Assembly: GCA_900317905.1 (NCBI GenBank)
Contig: ONIN01000009.1
Coordinates: 97,133 to 161,132, forward strand
DNA length: 64,000 bases
Direction: 5' to 3'
Source of the DNA: an uncultured Eubacteriales bacterium
GTDB taxonomy: Bacteria; Bacillota; Clostridia; Oscillospirales; Oscillospiraceae
The notes under the pieces were generated by a model that saw only the letters and a list, made by a program, of their open reading frames with translations, was not told where the DNA came from and ran no database searches. Every line of letters starts with the position of its first letter. The stretch's first letter is position 1. Positions 44,347 through 52,247 of the stretch are shown here, in pieces. Both the position numbers and the translations under genes were made by a program.

Positions 44347-45222
44347 TTACTCCGTAAAATGAATGTGATTGGAAATGTGCTCCTGGCAGAAGCAGTGATA
44401 GCCCTGGCAGCGGGAGCAGTAGCGAAACTCCAGATCCGGGTAGTCCGTGTCCGTCTTGCCGCAGACCTCGCACTTGTGACGATAGGGCTTTTCCGCCTGC
44501 TCGCGGCGGATCCGGGCGGCTTCCCTTTTGAAGTCCACGGTCTTTTTCCGCTGCTGGATCCTCGCCGGGCGGAAGAAGTCGAACAGCCAGTCACCGCAGA
44601 ACAGCAGATAGTTCAGCACCGCCACCACCGGCAGCAGATTCAGCGGGAAGGGAATGCGGATGATCTCATAGACAAAGAACACCGCGTCCACCACGCCCAG
44701 CCACTTGGCCTTGATGGGGAGCAGGAAAAACAGCAGCAGCTGGGATTCCGCGTACAGTGTCGCGAAGGCGAAGAACAGCGAGAAGTTCAGATACCGGGCG
44801 GTGACGATAAAGCTGGACATCTGGGAGAACACCTCGTTTCCCCCGTAGATCAGACTCAGGATCAGACCGAACACCGCCGTCAGCAGGATGCCGGAGCAGT
44901 AGAAGATGGTGAACTTCCCTGCGCCCCAGGCCTGTTCCAGCGCCTGTCCGACCCAGAAATAGAAATACATCTCCAAAGCGAACCACAGCACGCCGCTGCC
45001 GCTGGTGGGGATCAGCACCCAGGTGAACAGCCGCCAGATCTGCCCGCGGAGGATGGCCGTGGGGTTGAAACAGAAAAACTGGAAGATCTTCCCCGTGGTG
45101 TCCATCTGCATCACCAGCCAGAGGGCCAGGTTGCCGATGATGATATACAGCATCAGCCGCGGGATGCCGAATCTGGGATGACTATAGCAAAACCGGTCGA
45201 TCCGGTTCATGAGTTTTTTCAC
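44347..45222 (-). CDS. rhomboid-like polytopic membrane protein with C-terminal zinc ribbon
   Basis: GTG start at 45222 (GGAGGG 7 nt upstream); the track ORF extends to 45360. Has the rhomboid-type WRLFT block. I cannot find a GxSG serine or a TM6 histidine. The C-terminus has CEVCG...CSRCQ. Confidence 0.65.
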   Translation of the reverse strand: MKKLMNRIDRFCYSHPRFGIPRLMLYIIIGNLALWLVMQMDTTGKIFQFFCFNPTAILRGQIWRLFTWVLIPTSGSGVLWFALEMYFYFWVGQALEQAWGAGKFTIFYCSGILLTAVFGLILSLIYGGNEVFSQMSSFIVTARYLNFSLFFAFATLYAESQLLLFFLLPIKAKWLGVVDAVFFVYEIIRIPFPLNLLPVVAVLNYLLFCGDWLFDFFRPARIQQRKKTVDFKREAARIRREQAEKPYRHKCEVCGKTDTDYPDLEFRYCSRCQGYHCFCQEHISNHIHFTE

Positions 45223-45413
45223 ATTCCTGCCCTCCATTCTGATTGCAGAAGAAAATACTATATTATAATACTCGGTTTTTCTGTCAAAGTCCATAACTTT
45301 CCGTCTGATAATCTTTGAAATTTTTAAAATCCCCTTCATTTTTTGCTTTCCTATTGTCAAAAGCTGTGGTATGATATAGGTTGTGTGATTATCTTTTGCC
45401 TTTAGGAGAAATT

Positions 45414-46169
45414 ATGGAAGACTTCAAGCTGGAAAATGAACATATCGAGGGCAGAAATGCCGTGATCGAGGCCCTCCGCGCCGGAAGAGCCATCGACAAG
45501 ATCTACATCGCCAAGGGCGAGGTGGATCAGACCCTCGGCCACATCGCCTCCAAGGCCAGAGCCCAGGGCGTCGTGGTGGTGGAGACCGACCGCCGGAAGC
45601 TGGACGCCATGAGCCAGACCCACGCCCACCAGGGTGTGGTGGCCCTGTGCGCGGTGAAGGAATACTGCACGGTGCAGGACATTCTGGACATCGCCAAAGA
45701 GCGGAATGAAAACCCCTTCGTCATCGTCTGTGACGAGATCTCCGATCCCCACAATCTGGGTGCCATCATCCGCTCCGCCGAGTGCGTGGGCGCCCACGGC
45801 GTGGTGATCCCCAAGCGCCGCAGCGCCGGACTCACCGCCGTGGTGGACAAGGCCTCCGCCGGCGCCGCCGAGCACATGGCCATCGCGAGAGTGCCGAACC
45901 TCTCCGCCGCTCTGGAGGAACTGAAGAAGGCGGGTCTCTGGGTCTACGGCGCCGCTGCCGAGGGCGACAATCCCCTGTGGAAAACCGATCTCACCGGCCC
46001 CATCTGCCTGGTGATCGGTTCCGAGGGCGACGGCATGAGCCGCCTGGTGAGAGAGCACTGCGATTTTCTTTTGAGCATCCCGCTGATGGGACAGATCTCG
46101 TCTCTGAACGCTTCGGCGGCAGCGGCGGTGCTGATGTATGAAGTTTTGAGACAGAAAACCAACGGATGA
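45414..46169 (+). CDS. rlmB: 23S rRNA (guanosine-2'-O)-methyltransferase RlmB (SpoU/TrmH family)
   Basis: Start moved to MEDFKL (AGGAG upstream). Blocks EGRNAVIEAL, DEISDPHNLGAIIRSA, VIGSEGDGMS and SLNASAAAAV. Confidence 0.9.
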   Translation: MEDFKLENEHIEGRNAVIEALRAGRAIDKIYIAKGEVDQTLGHIASKARAQGVVVVETDRRKLDAMSQTHAHQGVVALCAVKEYCTVQDILDIAKERNENPFVIVCDEISDPHNLGAIIRSAECVGAHGVVIPKRRSAGLTAVVDKASAGAAEHMAIARVPNLSAALEELKKAGLWVYGAAAEGDNPLWKTDLTGPICLVIGSEGDGMSRLVREHCDFLLSIPLMGQISSLNASAAAAVLMYEVLRQKTNG

Positions 46170-46231
46170 CCCCTTCGCGTTTCGACGCGAGCTTGGCAGT
46201 TTGCCAATTTGATTAGAGGGAGGGAAACGAA

Positions 46232-48805
46232 ATGGATCCAAACGAAAGACAGCAGGATGAATTTTCGCTGGACGCCATTTTGGAGGAATACCGGGGCTTT
46301 GACCCCGAGGCGCCGGAGGCCACCCCGCTGACCGAGGCAGCGTTCATGACCCACCGGGCGGAGGCCACTCTGGTGGACCCCGTCACCGAAGAGCCCATTG
46401 AGCCCGAGGAACCGGTGTGGGCGGAGCCCGAGGTCGAGGAACCGGAAGTCCGGGATTGGGAGGCGGATCTCCCCGAAGACGCCGAGGAAGCCGAGGCCAT
46501 CGAGCTGGAGCCGGTGAGCGACATCCCCGAGGAAGAGGATGACTACGTCCGAGAGTACAAGCCTCGTGCGCCGGAGAACCCGGAACCGGACCCGGATCAG
46601 GAGCCATATTCCGAAGAGGAAGAGGGCTACGCCGAGAAGATCCACTTCGCCAGACTCCGCAGTCTCATCAACCACCTGACCGTCCCCGCCAAGGCGCCGG
46701 AGACCCCGGAGCCGGAGCCGGAGGAGGAAGACCTCCCTCTGGAGGACGAGCCCGAGGAGCCCACCCAGGTCTTCCACGCTGTGGCCGAGATGTTCGGCGA
46801 GGATCAGACCCCCAAGGAGATCGAGCTCCCCGACCCGGAAGAGTTCTGGGCCCAGGTGATCGCCGACGACGAGGAAGTGATCTACGCCACCGCCGAGGCC
46901 GTTCCCGAAGAGGAACCGGCGTCCGAGGATGACGAGATCGTCGACGAGGACGACGAATACGAAGACGAAGCGGACGACGAGGACGACGAGGACGACGAGG
47001 ACGAGGATGACGAGGATGACGAGGATGAATATGAGGAGGTCGAGCGCCGGAGCTTCCGGGAGGCTGTGATCCGCCCCATCACCCTGCGCATCGCTGCCGC
47101 CTCCGTCCGTGCAAGAGAGCGGCGCCGCACCGCCAGAGAGGAAGCCAGCATCCCTGAGGAGCTGGGTCCCGAGCCTGCGGCCAAGACCGCGGCAAAGTTC
47201 TATGGACAGAAGATCGCCGCCCTTCGGCGCAGAGGCCGGATGTCTTTGCTTCTAAGTCTTATTCTATTGTACATCGCAGCGGGGCTTCCCACCTTCGGGC
47301 TGCTGAAAAGCGACCCAAGAGTGACCGCCATGGTCTGCATCATTTTGCTGATGACCGTCATGCTGCTGGGCCTGGACATTCTGACCGTGGGCATCCTGTC
47401 ATTGGTACGAAAGCGGCCCGGCGCGGAGTCTCTGGTGGCCCTTGGGTGCCTGTTCTCCCTTCTGGACGCGGTGCTCTCCGCCGTACAGAACGTCCTGGTG
47501 GGCGGTATGCCCTACTGCGTGGTGTCCGCCTTCGCCCTGACCTTTGCCCTTCTGAGCGCGCGGCTCACCAGCGAGGGACTGCATCTGAGCTTCCTGGCCC
47601 TGGCCCGCTCCCGAGACGCCAGAGTCCTGACCTGCGGCACCAACGCCGCCTATGACGGTCTGACCCTTCGCAAAACCCGCCGCTCCGCCGAGGGCTTTGT
47701 CCATCGGTCGGAAGAGCCCGGCCCGGACACGGTGCTCTTCGCCGTGGTAACCCCCTACATCATCGTGGTGGGGCTGGTGCTGGGTCTGCTGGCCACGGTG
47801 CTCAGCGGCAGCATCCGCAACGCGGGCCATGTGCTGGCCGCCGTCTTCTGTGCGGCGCTGCCCTTCGCGTCTCTGATCGTCTATACCCTTCCCTTCCGCG
47901 CCTCCGCCAAGACGCTGCAGCCGAAAGGTCTGGCCCTGGCGGGCTGGTCCGGCGTCAGCGACGTGGGACGCAGCAAGCGGTTCATCATCACGGATCAGGA
48001 TCTCTTCGGCCCCAACACCATCACCATCGGCGAGGGCCGCACCATCCTCCCCGGCATGTCCGAGGCCAAGGTGGTTGCCTACACCGCCAGCGTGGTCAAC
48101 GCCTCCGGCTGCTGCCTGACGCCGGCCTTCATCGAGCTGCTTCGGGGCTTCAACTACCCGCTGTTCCGGGTGGACGACTTCCTCTGCGAGCAGGCAGGCG
48201 GCATGTCCGGCTACATCAACGACGAGGAAGTGCTCTTTGGCACCTCGGAGTTCATGCGGCTGAAGGGTCTGCGCGCCAGCGCCCCGGACACCGAGGGCGA
48301 CACGAGGCTGTTCACCGCCATCAACGGCGAGATCGTCGGCAGCTTCCCGGTGAACTATCAGGCCATGCAGAGCGTCCAGAACGCCCTGAAGTTCCTCTTA
48401 ACCACCAGAATGCACCCGATCTTTGCCGTCCGCGACCCCAACATCGCCCCGGGCATGCTGAGACGCAAGTTCCAGACCCAGGCCGACGGCTTCGACTTCC
48501 CGCCCTTCCAGCAGCGCTATGAGCTCTCGGATCCGGAGGCGGGCAGCGCCGATCCCATCAGCGGCATCGTGGGCCGCTCCGGTCTCGCCGCCATGCTGGC
48601 CATCAACAAGATCGGCCGCCAGCTCTATCAGGCGGTGCGCATCGGGCTCTGGGGCTGCGGCATCGTGGGCATCATCGCCATGCTGGTGATGTTCATTCTC
48701 TGCGCCATGGGCGACTTTGCCACCATGTCTCCCTTCCACCTGGCCGTCTTCCAGCTGGTTTTCGGTCTGTGCGGGCCGCTGGTCGCATATTTTGCCAAAC
48801 GATGA
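46232..48805 (+). CDS. membrane protein: acidic disordered N-terminus plus degenerate P-type ATPase-like core
   Basis: 857 aa. About 290 aa of E/D/P-rich sequence, then a TM bundle, then a cytoplasmic domain where FIITDQDLFGP replaces the DKTGTLT block and AVRDPN replaces the TGD block, then 2 C-terminal TM. Confidence 0.6.
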   Translation: MDPNERQQDEFSLDAILEEYRGFDPEAPEATPLTEAAFMTHRAEATLVDPVTEEPIEPEEPVWAEPEVEEPEVRDWEADLPEDAEEAEAIELEPVSDIPEEEDDYVREYKPRAPENPEPDPDQEPYSEEEEGYAEKIHFARLRSLINHLTVPAKAPETPEPEPEEEDLPLEDEPEEPTQVFHAVAEMFGEDQTPKEIELPDPEEFWAQVIADDEEVIYATAEAVPEEEPASEDDEIVDEDDEYEDEADDEDDEDDEDEDDEDDEDEYEEVERRSFREAVIRPITLRIAAASVRARERRRTAREEASIPEELGPEPAAKTAAKFYGQKIAALRRRGRMSLLLSLILLYIAAGLPTFGLLKSDPRVTAMVCIILLMTVMLLGLDILTVGILSLVRKRPGAESLVALGCLFSLLDAVLSAVQNVLVGGMPYCVVSAFALTFALLSARLTSEGLHLSFLALARSRDARVLTCGTNAAYDGLTLRKTRRSAEGFVHRSEEPGPDTVLFAVVTPYIIVVGLVLGLLATVLSGSIRNAGHVLAAVFCAALPFASLIVYTLPFRASAKTLQPKGLALAGWSGVSDVGRSKRFIITDQDLFGPNTITIGEGRTILPGMSEAKVVAYTASVVNASGCCLTPAFIELLRGFNYPLFRVDDFLCEQAGGMSGYINDEEVLFGTSEFMRLKGLRASAPDTEGDTRLFTAINGEIVGSFPVNYQAMQSVQNALKFLLTTRMHPIFAVRDPNIAPGMLRRKFQTQADGFDFPPFQQRYELSDPEAGSADPISGIVGRSGLAAMLAINKIGRQLYQAVRIGLWGCGIVGIIAMLVMFILCAMGDFATMSPFHLAVFQLVFGLCGPLVAYFAKR
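46925..47037 (+). repeat. GA(C/G/T)-triplet low-complexity tract encoding poly-Asp/Glu
   Basis: Encodes DEDDEYEDEADDEDDEDDEDEDDEDDEDEYEE, with repeated GACGAG/GATGAC units. Confidence 0.85.
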
Positions 48806-48834
48806 TTGACACCGGGCTGTTTGTTCGGTATAAT
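48806..48834 (+). promoter_or_regulatory. perfect consensus promoter TTGACA-17-TATAAT
   Basis: Hexamers at 48806-48811 and 48829-48834. A second TGTATAAT lies at about 48862. Upstream of the EF-G paralogue. Confidence 0.75.
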
Positions 48835-48907
48835 AATCAATTGGGTAACCACGCGTCTTATTTTGTATAATATCACGTCTTAAATCTATACAAGGAGAGG
48901 TACATTC

Positions 48908-50917
48908 ATGAGCTACGAAACCAAGAACATCCGCAATGTGGCCCTGCTGGGTCACGGCGGCACCGGCAAAACCACGCTGACGGAGAACATGCTCTTCCTG
49001 ACCGGCGCCATCGATCGCCAGGGCAAGACCGCTGACGGCAACACCGTTTGCGACTATGATCCGGAAGAGATCAAGCGCCAGATCACCATTTCCACCGGCA
49101 TCGCTCCGGTGAACTTCGGCGGCTGCAAGATCAACGTTCTCGACTGCCCCGGCTTTTTCGATTTCGCCGGTGAGGTCGCCTGCGCCCTGCGCGCGGCTGA
49201 GGCTGCTGTGATTTTCTGCAGCGCCAAGGACGGCATCTCCGTCGGCGCTGAGAGAAGCTGGAAGCTTCTGAAGAATGCCGGCAAGCCCACCATGTTCTAT
49301 ATCTCCAAGATCGACGAGGAGCACAGCGATTTCGACGCCGTCCTCGCCGCCCTGAAAGAGAAATACGGCAACACCGTCTGCCCCGTGACCATCCCCACCA
49401 GCGACGGCACCGGCGTTATCGATCTGGTGCATCAGGTCGCTTACGTCACCAACGGCAAGAAGACCGAGAAGGTCGCCGTTCCCGCCGCCGACGCCGGCAA
49501 GGTCGAGGATCTGCGCATGGAGCTGCTGGAGGCTGCCTCCGTTTCCGATGAGGAGCTCATGGAGAAGTTCCTGGAAGAGATGGATCTGTCCGAGGCTGAG
49601 GCCGTCAAGGGCATCAAGCTCGGCGTTCAGAGCCGTGACTTCATCCCCGTGTTCGCCGGCGCTGGCATGAGCGGCGTAGGCACCGAGGCGCTCCTGCAGG
49701 CCATCGTGGACTACGTTCCCACCCCTGCTGACGTGGACTGCAAGCCCGACGCCCCCGTGGCCGGCTTCGTGTTCAAGACCATTTCCGACCAGTTCGGCAA
49801 GTACTCCTTCGTGAAGGTCATGGCCGGCAAGATCACCTCCGATCTCAGCCTGCGCAACGTCCGCGCCGGCAGCACCGACAAGCTGGGCCGTATGTACACC
49901 ATGTGCGGCAAGAAGAACACCGAGGTCAAGGAAGCCTGCTGCGGCGACATCGTGGCCATCGGCAAGATGGACTGGAAGACCGGCGACACCGTCTGCGATC
50001 CCAAGAACGAGGTGGAGTTCCCCGCCATCGAGATCGCCGAGCCCGTCTACTCCATGGCCATCTCCCCCACCACCAAGGGTCAGGACGACAAGGTCGCTTC
50101 CGGCCTTGCCCGCCTGAACGAGGAGGACATCTCCTTCAATCTGGTCAACAACGCCGAGACCCACCAGATGGTCATCTCCGGCGCCGGCGATATCCAGGTC
50201 GACGTGCTCTGCTCCAAGCTGAAGAGCCGCTTCGGCGTGGAGACCGAGCTCAAGCCCGCCCGTGTCGCTTACCGCGAGAAGATCAAGGGCAAGGTCGAGG
50301 CCCACGGCCGCCACAAGAAGCAGTCCGGCGGCAGCGGCCAGTTCGGTGACGTTTGGATCCGCTTCGAGCCCCAGAGCGAGACCGATGATCTGGTCTTCGC
50401 CGAGGAGGTCTTCGGCGGCAGCGTCCCGAAGAACTTCTTCCCCTCCGTCGAGAAGGGTCTGCGCAACGCGGTGCAGAAGGGCGTCCTGGCGGGTTACCCG
50501 CTGGTCGGCCTGAAGGCCACCCTGTATGATGGCTCCTACCACCCGGTCGACTCCAACGATATGGCCTTCCAGACGGCCGCCCGTCTGGCCTATCAGGAGG
50601 GCATCCCCCAGGCGAAGCCCACCATCATGGAGCCCATCGGCCTGCTGAAGGTCACCATCCCCGACGCCAACCTTGGCGACATCATGTCCGACATCTCCTC
50701 CAAGCGCCGCGGCACCGTGCTGGGCATGAACGCGGAGGACGGCATGCAGACCGTTGAGGCTGAGGTTCCCATGGCGGAGATGAGCAGCTACACCATCGAT
50801 CTGCGCTCCATGACTCAGGGCCGCGGTTCCTTCAGCTGCAAGTTCATCCGTTATGAAGAGGCTCCCGGCAATGTCCAGCAGAAGGTCATTGAGGAAGCCA
50901 AGGCTATGGAAGAGTAA
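48908..50917 (+). CDS. elongation factor G paralogue (EF-G2-like translational GTPase)
   Basis: 669 aa. G1 motif GHGGTGKTT rather than the AHIDAGKTT of canonical EF-G. EF-G domains II-V are recognisable. Not in an rpsL-rpsG-fusA-tuf context. Confidence 0.85.
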   Translation: MSYETKNIRNVALLGHGGTGKTTLTENMLFLTGAIDRQGKTADGNTVCDYDPEEIKRQITISTGIAPVNFGGCKINVLDCPGFFDFAGEVACALRAAEAAVIFCSAKDGISVGAERSWKLLKNAGKPTMFYISKIDEEHSDFDAVLAALKEKYGNTVCPVTIPTSDGTGVIDLVHQVAYVTNGKKTEKVAVPAADAGKVEDLRMELLEAASVSDEELMEKFLEEMDLSEAEAVKGIKLGVQSRDFIPVFAGAGMSGVGTEALLQAIVDYVPTPADVDCKPDAPVAGFVFKTISDQFGKYSFVKVMAGKITSDLSLRNVRAGSTDKLGRMYTMCGKKNTEVKEACCGDIVAIGKMDWKTGDTVCDPKNEVEFPAIEIAEPVYSMAISPTTKGQDDKVASGLARLNEEDISFNLVNNAETHQMVISGAGDIQVDVLCSKLKSRFGVETELKPARVAYREKIKGKVEAHGRHKKQSGGSGQFGDVWIRFEPQSETDDLVFAEEVFGGSVPKNFFPSVEKGLRNAVQKGVLAGYPLVGLKATLYDGSYHPVDSNDMAFQTAARLAYQEGIPQAKPTIMEPIGLLKVTIPDANLGDIMSDISSKRRGTVLGMNAEDGMQTVEAEVPMAEMSSYTIDLRSMTQGRGSFSCKFIRYEEAPGNVQQKVIEEAKAMEE

Positions 50918-50936
50918 TCCAGAATCATGATCCCAT

Positions 50937-50969
50937 CGCGGGAGGGAAACCTTGCCCTCCCGCGTTTTT
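50937..50969 (+). terminator. intrinsic terminator
   Basis: CGCGGGAGGG / CCCTCCCGCG stem followed by TTTTT. Confidence 0.85.
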
Positions 50970-50988
50970 CTTAAAGAGGTGATGCTCT

Positions 50989-51849
50989 GTGAGAAAAAAC
51001 AATCCCAAAAGTCAGAAGGCAGTGCTGAATCACTTCTGGTCTCTGGCCATCGTGATCTGCCTGCTGCTGTGCGTGTTCGCGCTGATCTTCTCCTCGGTCG
51101 TCGGTCATGTGCCCCAGCCGAAGAAGGAGAAGGTGGCCGCCACCCCGGAGGTCACGGACGCTCTGGAGAGCAGCGAACCCACCGCCACCCCGGCTCCGAC
51201 GCCCACGCCCGGCGCCATTCAGAAGAGCACCTCCAGCGCTTCCCTCTCTGAGACTTCGGACGGCGGCGCGGAGTATCTGAACCAGATCTATTTCTTCGGT
51301 GACGGGAGCCTTTCGACTTTGAACGACGAGAATCTGCTCTCCGGTGAAGAGAGCGCACAGCAGGTCTGGATCCCCGGCGGGGAAATCCTGGATCTGAACA
51401 TTCTCGCTACCACCACGTACGTCTCCCCGGTCACCGGCAACAACGTGCCCGCGGCGGAGGTGGTGGAGGTCAACCACCCGAAGTATGTGGTCATTCTCCC
51501 CAGCGTGGACAACGTTCAGGACGTCACCGAGAGCGATCTCAAGAACGCTTACACCACGCTGATCGGCTCCATTCTGCTGGAGGATCCGGAGACCGTGATC
51601 ATCCTCTCCTCCCTCACCCCGGTGACGGAGACCTATGTGGGTGACGAGACCAACGAGCAGATCAACACCGTCAACGGCTGGATCGCCGCCGCGGCGGAGG
51701 AGAACAACGTCAAGTATCTCGATGCGGCCTACGCCATGGCGGGCGCTGACGGTTATCTCCCCGAGACCTACTCCAACGATGGCGCTCATCTCGGCATCGC
51801 CGGTCTCAAGGCCTGGCTGGAGGTCGTTCGGACCCACGTACCCGGATAA
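50989..51849 (+). CDS. secreted SGNH/GDSL-like hydrolase
   Basis: GTG start, N-terminal TM/signal. FFGDGS block near the catalytic-Ser position and a C-terminal DGAH (D-x-x-H) block. Confidence 0.6.
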   Translation: MRKNNPKSQKAVLNHFWSLAIVICLLLCVFALIFSSVVGHVPQPKKEKVAATPEVTDALESSEPTATPAPTPTPGAIQKSTSSASLSETSDGGAEYLNQIYFFGDGSLSTLNDENLLSGEESAQQVWIPGGEILDLNILATTTYVSPVTGNNVPAAEVVEVNHPKYVVILPSVDNVQDVTESDLKNAYTTLIGSILLEDPETVIILSSLTPVTETYVGDETNEQINTVNGWIAAAAEENNVKYLDAAYAMAGADGYLPETYSNDGAHLGIAGLKAWLEVVRTHVPG

Positions 51850-51865
51850 AACCAACCACATAGAA

Positions 51866-51901
51866 AACAGGTGCAGCCTTTTGACTGCACCTGTTCTTTT
51901 G
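51866..51901. terminator. bidirectional terminator
   Basis: ACAGGTGCAG / CTGCACCTGT stem flanked by AAAA and TCTTTTGTTT. Confidence 0.8.
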
Positions 51902-51902
51902 T

Positions 51903-52247
51903 TTAATCCGGTACGTGGATCTCGCGGATCCCGAAGTCCTTTCCGGTGAGGACGGTTTTGTTAAAGCTCCCGCAGGCGGGACAGTAGCCCTGATGCTCCA
52001 CCACGTTGAAGATCTCATCGCAGTCGTCGCACTCGGCCATGCCGGGGATCTCGTTGACGATCAGCTTGGAGTGCTCCAGGATCGTGCCCTCGGTCACCGG
52101 GCCGTAGAGCTGGTGGAGGTATTTGGGGATCACCAGCGACAGCTCGCCGCAGTCCACCACCACCTCCGCGATTTCCTTAACATCATTGGCCGCGGCAAAC
52201 TCCGTCACCGTCTGGACGATCTGGCGGACGATTCCGATCTCATGCAT
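51903..52247 (-). CDS. hypA: hydrogenase nickel-insertion metallochaperone HypA-like protein
   Basis: 114 aa; MHE N-terminus and the CxxC...CxxC zinc ribbon (CDDCDEIF ... CPACGS) typical of HypA. Confidence 0.85.
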   Translation of the reverse strand: MHEIGIVRQIVQTVTEFAAANDVKEIAEVVVDCGELSLVIPKYLHQLYGPVTEGTILEHSKLIVNEIPGMAECDDCDEIFNVVEHQGYCPACGSFNKTVLTGKDFGIREIHVPD

